A DNA stretch of 64,000 nucleotides from Verrucomicrobiota bacterium (lineage in GTDB: Bacteria > Verrucomicrobiota > Verrucomicrobiia > Opitutales > Seribacteraceae): the NCBI GenBank assembly GCA_027622665.1, contig JAQBYT010000001.1:192001-256000 (forward strand). Direction: 5' to 3'. A program made the translations under genes and the position numbers. How positions within the stretch are numbered: the stretch's first letter is position 1; each line of letters begins with the position of its first letter. The notes under the pieces are model-generated. The model made no database searches, was not told the DNA's origin, and was given only the letters and a program-made list of their open reading frames with translations. Positions 50,973 to 59,911 of this stretch are shown here, one piece after another.

Positions 50973-53065
50973 AAAACTACCTCATTGGCTTCAGCCTAAT
51001 CCTATCCGCTGCTTACCTTTATATGGAGCAGGCAAAAGTACAGCAGGAAAACGCGGAAGAAAACCAGCGGCATGATACGAGCTCACGCCAAGATCAGAGC
51101 GATGGTAATTATACAGCACCCAACATAATTGATGTCGCGGACGGCGGAATGCGATCGGATGTCAACGCATCACCTCTTTCTGCGAAGATTCCTCAAGAGG
51201 TTAAAACATATGAGGGACTTGTCGGCGATAGCTCTTCTTTTGAATTCACTACTCTGGGCGGAGCCATCAGTGCGGTACATCTGGAAGAGGCAGAACGCCT
51301 CAAAAAAAGCTATGACATGATATTCTCTACGAATGATAATGGCAAAGGCATTGAAGGTAATGCATTTAGCATGTCGTTCGAAAACCATGACGGCGACCCT
51401 CTGGACAACCCATTACCAGGCTACGATTCGAGAGCTTACGAAATCGCCAGTGGAGACTTGAATTCCAAGGTGACTTTCCTAAATCGCACGGGCAACGTTG
51501 AGATTCGTCGCGAATATTTCCGGGAAGCAAACGAAACCTATGTGATTAGGCATAGAACAACCGTGATTAACAGAGGTGACTCGAGCCTAAAGCTCGATAG
51601 GATTAGGTTCGGCATAGGTTCGGCATTCCCTATACCCCGAAAATTTAATTTCATCGACCAAGCCGCGTCTTACATGCATGTCGGCTACTTCAATTCTGGA
51701 AACCCTCAAGAGGCGGGCTGGGGGTGTGCTAAATGCAGTGGTCGCATTGACGGGGAAACTGAAGAGTTTTTTCAGGTTAACGAAATGGATGACTACGACC
51801 GGCTTCACGAGGGGAAAAAATTATCAGAAGCCAAATGGGCTTCAGTGAACAATCAGTTTTTCGTTAGCATTCTTCGGCCTAAGGAAGAAAAGGATGCTGT
51901 TGTTCGAGGAATGCCAATTGAGCGTAGTACTGACGGCAACGCCAGCAATAGGGAACAAGGAGTAACGGGATCCATCTCAATTCCTTTCGGAGAGATTCCT
52001 CCCGGAGAAAGCAGAAGCGTCGAGTGCATCTACTATGCAGGGCCAAAAGATTATATGATACTCTCCTCACTGGGAATGGAACAGGACAAGGTTATGCAGT
52101 TTAACCCATTCGAGTGGGTTTCTGGGCCGATGAATTCGCTTCTAAACAAGTTGCACGATATTCTAGGCAACTTCGGCCTAGCGATTATCTTCCTGACCAT
52201 CCTCCTTAAATTGGTGCTGTGGCCCCTTACCGCAAAAGCCACACGATCCCAGAAAAGAATGCAGGCGTTGCAGGAACCAATGGCGAAACTCCGTGAAAAA
52301 CACAAAAAAGATTCACAGAAAATGAATCAGGAAATGATGAAGTTTTACAAGGAACAAGGGGTCAACCCATTTGCGGGTTGCTGGCCTATCCTAGTTCAGA
52401 TGCCTATTTTCTTGGGAATGTTTTATATGCTTCGTTCGGCTGCCGAACTGTACGGGCAAAGCTTTCTATGGGTAAGTGATCTTTCCGAGCAAGACAATGT
52501 CGCAGACATTGCGGGATTTTCGATAAATGCTCTGCCCTTTGTAATGTTGGCCACACAGTGGTTTCAGATGAAGCTTACACCAATGCAACTTGGTCCTGAT
52601 GCCAGTGATTCTCAGCGTATCAACGCGAAGATGATGCGAATGATGCCGTTCATGTTCCTCGTGTTTTTGTATTTCTTTTCTTCTGCACTGGTACTGTATT
52701 GGACAGTGCAGAATACAATGAGCATCATTCAGACACTCATTACGAAGAAGGGAAAATCTCCGAAAGAAATCGAAACCGAAAGAAGTATTTTAGCGAAAGA
52801 TGAAGCAAAGGACGGTCAGAAAAAACCTGATGCCGATTTCATCGAGGAAGAGGAAAGGCAACATCGCCAAGTTCTCGGTTTAAAGTTGCGCGGGAAGCTA
52901 AACAAAAAACAAATCGATGAAATTTATCGGAGGCTCATGGAAAAATATCATCCCGACAAAGTGCGTAACCTTGGGGCCAAGCGGCAGGATGAGGCCATGC
53001 AGAAAAAAGAACGGCTGGAGGCTGCCTACGAATTTCTCTTGAAGAAACTTGCCAACAAATCATAA
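50969..53065 (+). CDS. yidC: Membrane protein insertase YidC with C-terminal J-domain
   Basis: WASVNNQFF, YAGPK, GNFGLAIIFLT, GVNPFAGCWPILVQMP, FLWVSDLS, LVLYW; tail QVLGL...YRRLMEKYHPDK...AAYEFL. Confidence 0.93.
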   Translation: MKNYLIGFSLILSAAYLYMEQAKVQQENAEENQRHDTSSRQDQSDGNYTAPNIIDVADGGMRSDVNASPLSAKIPQEVKTYEGLVGDSSSFEFTTLGGAISAVHLEEAERLKKSYDMIFSTNDNGKGIEGNAFSMSFENHDGDPLDNPLPGYDSRAYEIASGDLNSKVTFLNRTGNVEIRREYFREANETYVIRHRTTVINRGDSSLKLDRIRFGIGSAFPIPRKFNFIDQAASYMHVGYFNSGNPQEAGWGCAKCSGRIDGETEEFFQVNEMDDYDRLHEGKKLSEAKWASVNNQFFVSILRPKEEKDAVVRGMPIERSTDGNASNREQGVTGSISIPFGEIPPGESRSVECIYYAGPKDYMILSSLGMEQDKVMQFNPFEWVSGPMNSLLNKLHDILGNFGLAIIFLTILLKLVLWPLTAKATRSQKRMQALQEPMAKLREKHKKDSQKMNQEMMKFYKEQGVNPFAGCWPILVQMPIFLGMFYMLRSAAELYGQSFLWVSDLSEQDNVADIAGFSINALPFVMLATQWFQMKLTPMQLGPDASDSQRINAKMMRMMPFMFLVFLYFFSSALVLYWTVQNTMSIIQTLITKKGKSPKEIETERSILAKDEAKDGQKKPDADFIEEEERQHRQVLGLKLRGKLNKKQIDEIYRRLMEKYHPDKVRNLGAKRQDEAMQKKERLEAAYEFLLKKLANKS

Positions 53066-53125
53066 GTATGAAGACCGCTTCATCGTAAAAACCACGAGAC
53101 TGAAATTAACTAAGGGAAAAAAGAA

Positions 53126-53884
53126 ATGTCCGGGCACAGCAAATGGGCTACAACCAAAAGGCACAAGGCTACTGTAGACGCCAAACGTGGTAAGATTTTC
53201 AGCGTTATCAGTAAAGAACTTATGCTAACTGCACGTGATGGCGGAGGGGACGCTGAATGCAACCCACGCCTGCGTACTTTAATTCTAAAGGCCAAGCAAG
53301 CCAACATGCCGGCAGAAAATGTGGAGCGAGCGATCAAGAAGGGTACGGGCGAACTTGAAGGCACAATAATCGAAGAACTGCTTTACGAAGGCTACGCTCC
53401 TGGAGGAGTTGGCTTAATAATAGAAGTTACGACAGACAATAAAAACAGGTCCGCATCTGAAGTCAGGAGTACGCTAGGGAAAGGGGGAGGGAACCTCGCG
53501 GGCACAGGTGCTCTCTCATACAACTTTAAGCGCAAAGGCCAATTCCTAATTGCCAAAGACAAAGTCGATGAAGATACGCTCACAGAACTAGCTCTTGAAA
53601 ACGATGCGAATGACGTTGTTGCCGAAGAGGAGCATTTCGAAGTTCTTTCCGAAGTGAGAGCATTCGATAAATTGACACAAGCACTGAATGCTGCACAAAT
53701 TGAGACCGATTCCGCAGAGCTCGTCTATCTCCCGGAAAACCTTATCGCCGTCTCGGACGAAAACGTAGCTCGTCAAGTATTGCGCCTAATTGACAACCTC
53801 GACGAGTTGGAAGACGTTAAGGCTGTTCACAGCAATTATGACATAGATGAAGCTTTGATTGAGACCCACGCAGCACAAGGATAA
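53126..53884 (+). CDS. yebC: YebC/PmpR family protein
   Basis: MSGHSKW, NPRLR, NMP, YEGYAPGGV, TDNKNR, LEDVKAVHSN. Confidence 0.95.
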   Translation: MSGHSKWATTKRHKATVDAKRGKIFSVISKELMLTARDGGGDAECNPRLRTLILKAKQANMPAENVERAIKKGTGELEGTIIEELLYEGYAPGGVGLIIEVTTDNKNRSASEVRSTLGKGGGNLAGTGALSYNFKRKGQFLIAKDKVDEDTLTELALENDANDVVAEEEHFEVLSEVRAFDKLTQALNAAQIETDSAELVYLPENLIAVSDENVARQVLRLIDNLDELEDVKAVHSNYDIDEALIETHAAQG

Positions 53885-53952
53885 AGAACTCATTGTCTTG
53901 TGCTGAGATAAAGTTAAGCACAGGCAGGAAAAACAAAGGAGTTTCCCATAAA

Positions 53953-55767
53953 GTGATCGGAAGCAAAACAGATCCCGATTACCTAAACGGAGTTGACGAG
54001 GTTGGTCTTGTAAAACCAAAGGAATTTCGTGACGACTCACCCTTTCAATTTGAGAGAGGAGGGGAAATCGCATCCATCAATTTACGTTATGAAACATATG
54101 GAGAGCTTGCTCCGAACAAGGAAAATGCGATCCTTATATGCCATGCCCTAACGGGCGACCATCATTGTGCCGGGATTCATTCGCCAGGGGACACGAAACC
54201 AGGTTGGTGGAACCAAATGATAGGTCCCGGCAAGGCCATCGATACAAAACGATTCTTTGTAATTTGCTCTAATTGCCTTGGTGCATGCCAAGGTTCCACT
54301 GGTCCAACTTCGCTCAATGAAGCTACGGGGAAACCTTACGGCATCTCATTTCCAGAGTTAACCATAGGCGATATGGTTTTCGCCCAAAAGCGTTTAGTGA
54401 AACATCTCGGCATCGACAAGCTCTATGCCGTCGTAGGAGGCAGTATGGGCGGGATGCAGGCGTTGCAGTGGGCAGTGTCCTGCCCAAAGTTAGTAGCACG
54501 AACCGTAGTGATCGCCGCAACCACACGGCACAACGCCCAAACCATCGCCTTTAACGACGTTGGCCGAGCCGCCATCCAGGGCGATCCGGAATGGAACGGT
54601 GGAGACTATCCGTCCGACGGGGGTCCAGAGGTCGGACTCGCGATCGCCAGAATGATGGCTCACATCACTTACCTTTCGGGCAAAGGCATGGAGCAAAAGT
54701 TCGGTAGATCTCGCCGCGAGCAAATAGACGGTAACGCAACGAAGTCAGTAGAGGCACACTTTGGGGTTGAGTTCGAGGTTGAAAGCTACCTACGCCATCA
54801 GGGGAAGACCTTCGTAAACCGCTTTGACGCGAATACCTACCTGCATCTCACCAAGGCTCTCGATCGATTCGATCTTCATGCGGAGGAGGGAGGACTCGGA
54901 CAATCCCTCAGTCGAATAAATGCCCGAACTCTTGCTGTAGGTTTTACATCCGACTGGCTATACTCTCCCCAGCAAAATCGTAAAATTGTGGAAACTCTCC
55001 AATGCTTGGGTAAGGATGCTTCCTATGCTGAAATCGATCATGATTTCGGTCACGATTCCTTCTTGCTCAAATCCGAACGATTCCATCGTCTTGTACAAGT
55101 TTTTCTGGAGGGAGCAGACCAAAGAGAACTTGATCGACAAAGTTCTAGGCCCGATTCGATCACTCGTACCGAAGCAAAAAAAGAAGCTGATTTTCGAGTA
55201 ATAGATGAATGGGTTGGGCAAGGCGAAAGCGTTCTTGACCTAGGGTGCGGTTGCGGAATTCTCCTGGAACACTTGGCCAAGACCAAACAAGTACGAGGTT
55301 TAGGCGTGGACATTGATATTGAGAAAGTCATTGGCTGTGTCTCACGTGCTGCTCCGGTCTATCAAGGTGATGTTCGCAAAACTCTTGCAGGCTTTCCCGA
55401 TGATTCTTTCGACTGGATCGTATTCTCCCGCACCATGGAAGAATTAAACAACCCATGTGAAGTCATTGAAAAAGCTCTACAGGTCGCCAAGCGAGTGGTG
55501 GTAAGTTTTGTTAATCACGGTTATTGGCGTAATCGCCTCCACTATTTCTTAAACGGTAGTCGGATCATAAACGACGTATACGACAAAGCTTGGCACGAAC
55601 GGGTCCCCGTCAACCCTGTATCAATCCGTGATTTCGAAAATTTCTGTCGTGACCGCAACCTAGTCCTCCGAAGGAGAGTGTGCCTAGGCGGAGACTGGAA
55701 AACCCATCGTAGAGTACTCCCAAACCTACTTGCCGGAGTGGCAATATATGAGGTAGGAAGAACTTAG
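53953..55767 (+). CDS. metX: Homoserine O-acyltransferase MetX fused to a MetW-like methyltransferase domain
   Basis: YETYG, CHALTGD, GWW, GGSMGG, FDANTY, SDWLY, GHDSFL; then VLDLGCG.G, FPDDSFD, VSFVNHGYW; start uncertain (53893-53953). Confidence 0.9.
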   Translation: MIGSKTDPDYLNGVDEVGLVKPKEFRDDSPFQFERGGEIASINLRYETYGELAPNKENAILICHALTGDHHCAGIHSPGDTKPGWWNQMIGPGKAIDTKRFFVICSNCLGACQGSTGPTSLNEATGKPYGISFPELTIGDMVFAQKRLVKHLGIDKLYAVVGGSMGGMQALQWAVSCPKLVARTVVIAATTRHNAQTIAFNDVGRAAIQGDPEWNGGDYPSDGGPEVGLAIARMMAHITYLSGKGMEQKFGRSRREQIDGNATKSVEAHFGVEFEVESYLRHQGKTFVNRFDANTYLHLTKALDRFDLHAEEGGLGQSLSRINARTLAVGFTSDWLYSPQQNRKIVETLQCLGKDASYAEIDHDFGHDSFLLKSERFHRLVQVFLEGADQRELDRQSSRPDSITRTEAKKEADFRVIDEWVGQGESVLDLGCGCGILLEHLAKTKQVRGLGVDIDIEKVIGCVSRAAPVYQGDVRKTLAGFPDDSFDWIVFSRTMEELNNPCEVIEKALQVAKRVVVSFVNHGYWRNRLHYFLNGSRIINDVYDKAWHERVPVNPVSIRDFENFCRDRNLVLRRRVCLGGDWKTHRRVLPNLLAGVAIYEVGRT

Positions 55768-57215
55768 GGTATGCGATAGGGAAGAAAATTGTATCTCCCC
55801 TTAAACCAAACATAGAAGCGATTTAGGCCTCGGTGCAGGTATATCCGGGCATCCTTTTCGTCACGAGCAACCTGACCATTAATCTCCACGATTACAACCC
55901 CCTTGCGAATCGTTTGCTCCTCACCGGAAGATTCGGTGACCACCAAACCAGAAACCGTATTTGGAATATCGAATCGGCGACGAAGTTCAGGGTCAAGTGG
56001 AGCAAGTGTAATCCCGGAGATGATCAAACCACCTATGCCAGGGTGCAATGTATCATCGAGGCTACCTAAAGTGACTCTTAAGTTTTTCCGGTTAGAATCA
56101 CGAATAATAACCAAGGGGACGCTTGCACCAGGAGGGGTTTGAGAAATGGCGAGACGAAGTTCCGCAACGGAGGCAATTTCCTTACCGGCAGCCTCGACTA
56201 TAATGTCATTACCCTGAATCCCGGCTCGATCCGCTGGAGATCCTTTCACCACTCCCATTGTGCGGGCTCCCTTGTCGGAAGGCAAGTCCTCGAGCTGGAC
56301 CCCGAGGAAACCGCGCTGAACTCCACCTTTCTCAATGAGACCAGTCATAACACTGCGGGCGAGGTTTACCGGAATGGCAAAGCCAATTCCTATACTTCCT
56401 CCTGTCCGAGAGTAAATGGCCGTGTTAATACCAACGAGACGACCTTTGGCATCGATAAGGGCACCACCGGAGTTACCTTGATTGATTGCAGCATCGGTCT
56501 GGATAAAATTTTCATAGGATCCCGGATCCTTGAGAATACCGAGATCAGTACGACCCGTGGCCGAAACAATGCCCATGGTAACGGTGAGACCGACGCCAAG
56601 GGGGTTGCCGGCGGCAAAGACAATGTCGCCCACCCTTAACTTGGCGCTGTCTCCGAGGGTGATGGACGGAAGAGCTTCGGGAGCGTTAATCTTGAGAACG
56701 GCTATATCGGTGGCTTTGTCAAAGCCAACGATTTCGGCAGGGAATTCACGCTTGTCAAACAGTTTAACGGAGACTTCGTCCACTGGTTTTCCCGTGCGTT
56801 GGTCGGTAATAACATGGGCATTGGTGATTGCATAACCCTCGGGGGCAATTATCACACCGGACCCCATACCGGCCGGTACCTTTTGTTCTTCCACTCGAGA
56901 ACGGTCCGCACCTCTAGAAAGCCCATAATAGCGTCTAAGAAAATCCTCTAGCGGATTGGATGCGTTTGGAAAACTTCGGCGCACTACTTGAGCGGTATAA
57001 ACCCCGACCACGGCAGGTGTCGCTTTACTTAATACATCAGCATAACCTGTCACTCTTGGAGGATCAGTCTGAGGCAAAGGCGTCTCGTCTAACTTTAAAG
57101 TAAAACGATCTGCATGACCGAAAAGATGATTCTCTTGAGACCACAATAGATTTAGCAGAAATGTAATTACCACTATGGCCGTCTGGGGAAATTTGAATCT
57201 GTCGAATACCTTCAT
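55764..57215 (-). CDS. htrA: HtrA/DegP-like periplasmic serine protease with PDZ domains
   Basis: GSGVII, TNAHV, DIAVLK, IQTDAAINQGNSGG, RGFLGV, SPADRAG. Confidence 0.93.
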   Translation of the reverse strand: MKVFDRFKFPQTAIVVITFLLNLLWSQENHLFGHADRFTLKLDETPLPQTDPPRVTGYADVLSKATPAVVGVYTAQVVRRSFPNASNPLEDFLRRYYGLSRGADRSRVEEQKVPAGMGSGVIIAPEGYAITNAHVITDQRTGKPVDEVSVKLFDKREFPAEIVGFDKATDIAVLKINAPEALPSITLGDSAKLRVGDIVFAAGNPLGVGLTVTMGIVSATGRTDLGILKDPGSYENFIQTDAAINQGNSGGALIDAKGRLVGINTAIYSRTGGSIGIGFAIPVNLARSVMTGLIEKGGVQRGFLGVQLEDLPSDKGARTMGVVKGSPADRAGIQGNDIIVEAAGKEIASVAELRLAISQTPPGASVPLVIIRDSNRKNLRVTLGSLDDTLHPGIGGLIISGITLAPLDPELRRRFDIPNTVSGLVVTESSGEEQTIRKGVVIVEINGQVARDEKDARIYLHRGLNRFYVWFKGRYNFLPYRIP

Positions 57216-57285
57216 TGCAAATACTTAGGCGAGGAAGACACTATGGTTTGTTTATGCCTCATTAAAAAAAAGGCTAATCAAGTGA

Positions 57286-58239
57286 TTAGAAACCCTTTAT
57301 TTTGAAAAGGCTGGAGATACTACTGTCTGTATGAGTACGGTAAATCGCTTCGCCAAGAAGAGGAGCCACACTAAGGGTGCGAATGGGGAGATCACCCGTG
57401 TCAAGTTGAACAGTATTTGTAGTAAGTAACTCATCGAGAACTCCCTGACGAAGACGTTCTCGACCGATCTCATTAAGAACGCCGTGACTCACTATTGCCC
57501 TAACTGTACGGGCTCCACGTTCCTTGAGAAGGGTGGCGGCAGCCACGAGAGTACCGGCCGTTTCAGTCATGTCGTCGATAATAAGGATATCACGACCCTC
57601 CACTTCACCTACTAGGTTCATGGCTTCAACGGTAGTCGCGCCTGTTCGACGCTTGGCAACAAAGCCAAGAGGACAACCAAGCATTTCAGCATAGGCATTA
57701 GCCATTTTCATGCCACCGACATCGGGAGAAAAAACCGTTAGGTTATCAGTGCTTTCTTCCTTAAGAGCTTCAAAGAAGACTGGTGAGGCATACAAGTGGT
57801 CAACGGGAATATCAAAAAAACCTTGGATTTGCTGGGCATGCAAGTCCATGGTAAGGATACGGTTGGCTCCAGCGGCAACAAGCAGGTTGGCTACCAGTTT
57901 AGAGGTAATGGGAACGCGAGGTTGGTCCTTACGGTCCTGTCGAGCATAACCAAAGAAAGGGAGGACTGCAGTCACTCTGGAAGCAGATGCGCGCTTTGCT
58001 GCATCTATCATAATAAGCAACTCCATCACATTGTGATTGGCTGGAGAACAGGTGGACTGAACGAGAAAGACATCGGCTCCGCGGATATTCTCGTTAAACC
58101 TGACGAAGGATTCGCTATCAGGGAATGCGGTGACTAGCGCATCCCCGAGTGGTACATCCAAATAGTCACATATTTCCTTTGCGAGATCAGGATTTGATGA
58201 TCCGGTGAAAATTTTAAGACTTGCCTCTTTCATTCTCAT
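57286..58239 (-). CDS. prs: Ribose-phosphate pyrophosphokinase
   Basis: LKIFTGSSNP, YARQDRK, DLHAQQIQGFF, SPDVGG, DDMTETAGT; start moved to 58239/58233. Confidence 0.95.
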   Translation of the reverse strand: MRMKEASLKIFTGSSNPDLAKEICDYLDVPLGDALVTAFPDSESFVRFNENIRGADVFLVQSTCSPANHNVMELLIMIDAAKRASASRVTAVLPFFGYARQDRKDQPRVPITSKLVANLLVAAGANRILTMDLHAQQIQGFFDIPVDHLYASPVFFEALKEESTDNLTVFSPDVGGMKMANAYAEMLGCPLGFVAKRRTGATTVEAMNLVGEVEGRDILIIDDMTETAGTLVAAATLLKERGARTVRAIVSHGVLNEIGRERLRQGVLDELLTTNTVQLDTGDLPIRTLSVAPLLGEAIYRTHTDSSISSLFKIKGF

Positions 58240-58252
58240 TTCGAACAACTCA

Positions 58253-59284
58253 CTAAGAGGTCTCGTCGAGGTCGGCAAACCTTTTGAACAAATCGGGTAA
58301 CTTCCTTTGCAAAACCGCAATGCGCTGAGCCAGAGCATATGGCAATGCGGGATTACCTTTGAGGAAGGCTCCTGCCTCGACATTCTTTGTAATCCCAGCC
58401 TGAGCGGCAATTTTCGCTCCTTTTCCGACATTAAGGTGGCCTGCAAAACCAGCTTGGCCGCCAACGATTACATCGTCATCGAATGAAACGCTTCCACTGA
58501 TGCCTACTTGAGCCACCACTAAACAGCGTTTTCCAATTCTAACATTGTGACCGATTTGCACGAGATTATCGATTTTAGTTCCCTCGCCAATACGAGTTTC
58601 GGCAAAACGAGAACGATCGATACAAGTATTAGCACCGATTTCGACATCGTCTTCGATCACGACATTTCCAAGATGCGGTATTTTTTCGTGTCGACCGGAA
58701 ACCTGATCAAACCCAAAACCTTCGGATCCCACAACAACTCCTGCATTCAAGATGACTCGTTCGCCAAGTTCACATCGGCTAAGCAATTTTACACCGTTAA
58801 AAAGTCTGCTACCTGCACCGATCTTTGCAAAAGCTCCTACATGAACATGGGATGCAATACGAACGTCGGCACCGATTTCAGCTCCACCTTCGATATGGCA
58901 AAAAGGACCGATTGTCACGGAGTCCGCGACTATGACTCCATTTTCCATACAGGAAGAAGAATGAATTCCTATAGACGGCGGCGGAAAAAGGCGCTCCTCT
59001 ATGACGCGACAGATGAGACCTAGCGCGTACGAAGGTTCTTCAACTCGAAGATAACACTGACCGTCTCGAGGTAACCCAACGAAATCGCTGGGAAGGAGCA
59101 CCAATGAGGCGGCAGTGGAGGCAACTTGACCTTTATATTTCGGGTTACCCAGAAAGGCGATATCCCCTGATTGCGCTTTATCCAGTGCAGCAACTCCACT
59201 CAAGGACCCAACATGCTTGTCACCATCTAACTTGCCCTCGGGGAGGACTTTGAGGATTTCGTCGAGAGTTAATTCGATCGACAT
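58253..59284 (-). CDS. lpxD: UDP-3-O-acyl-glucosamine N-acyltransferase
   Basis: Hexapeptide repeats; GSEGFGF, DDVEIGANTCIDR, KIDNLVQIGHN. Confidence 0.95.
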   Translation of the reverse strand: MSIELTLDEILKVLPEGKLDGDKHVGSLSGVAALDKAQSGDIAFLGNPKYKGQVASTAASLVLLPSDFVGLPRDGQCYLRVEEPSYALGLICRVIEERLFPPPSIGIHSSSCMENGVIVADSVTIGPFCHIEGGAEIGADVRIASHVHVGAFAKIGAGSRLFNGVKLLSRCELGERVILNAGVVVGSEGFGFDQVSGRHEKIPHLGNVVIEDDVEIGANTCIDRSRFAETRIGEGTKIDNLVQIGHNVRIGKRCLVVAQVGISGSVSFDDDVIVGGQAGFAGHLNVGKGAKIAAQAGITKNVEAGAFLKGNPALPYALAQRIAVLQRKLPDLFKRFADLDETS

Positions 59285-59322
59285 ACGATGCTACCGGACA
59301 ACACCCGGGAATGTATCGGGGC

Positions 59323-59883
59323 TTACTTGTTGGGGGCGGAGGAGTTAAGAACAGCGATCACATCTAGTGTCACGTCCAATGTGGGGTTTACGTAAAAAAC
59401 CCCCAATTGCGTTTCGGATGAATTGATCACAAGGTCGAGCTTCTTGACGGTGGAAACCTTGTCTACGGCTTCTCTAATGTCGGCAATATGTTCTACGAGA
59501 AGGTTTCTTTGTCTCTGTGAAATCGTCGCCTTGGTGCGCTTGTCGTATTGTATAAGATCATCCTGCTTCTCCTTGGCCTTTTTCACCTGCTCCTGATACT
59601 TGCTTCTGAGAGTGGAACTATCAATGTTCGGATTTTTCAGTTTTCCCTCAGTTTCCTTAAGTTCCTTCACAATGGAACCAAGTTCCTCTCGAAAGATTCC
59701 AATTTCTTCGTTGGCAATCTTGCGGGATTTTTCGAGGCGCTCACGAGCGTCTTTAACTTTATGGTATCCGTCAAAGACTTTTTGGACATCTACAACTCCG
59801 ATCGTCTGTGCCTGAACCATGGAAGAGACAAGACAGATAACGGTCGCTGAGAATAAGAATTGTGGAAGTGACTTTTTCATCAT
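59323..59883 (-). CDS. skp: Periplasmic chaperone Skp/OmpH
   Basis: Signal peptide; IGVVDVQKVFDGY, coiled coil, LDVTLDVI; lies between bamA and lpxD. Confidence 0.88.
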   Translation of the reverse strand: MMKKSLPQFLFSATVICLVSSMVQAQTIGVVDVQKVFDGYHKVKDARERLEKSRKIANEEIGIFREELGSIVKELKETEGKLKNPNIDSSTLRSKYQEQVKKAKEKQDDLIQYDKRTKATISQRQRNLLVEHIADIREAVDKVSTVKKLDLVINSSETQLGVFYVNPTLDVTLDVIAVLNSSAPNK

Positions 59884-59911
59884 TTTAAAATGGGGATGCC
59901 GAGGCGTATTG

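Noticed and set aside
53884..53953. SAM riboswitch before metX
   Set aside because: The gap is too short and shows no aptamer consensus.
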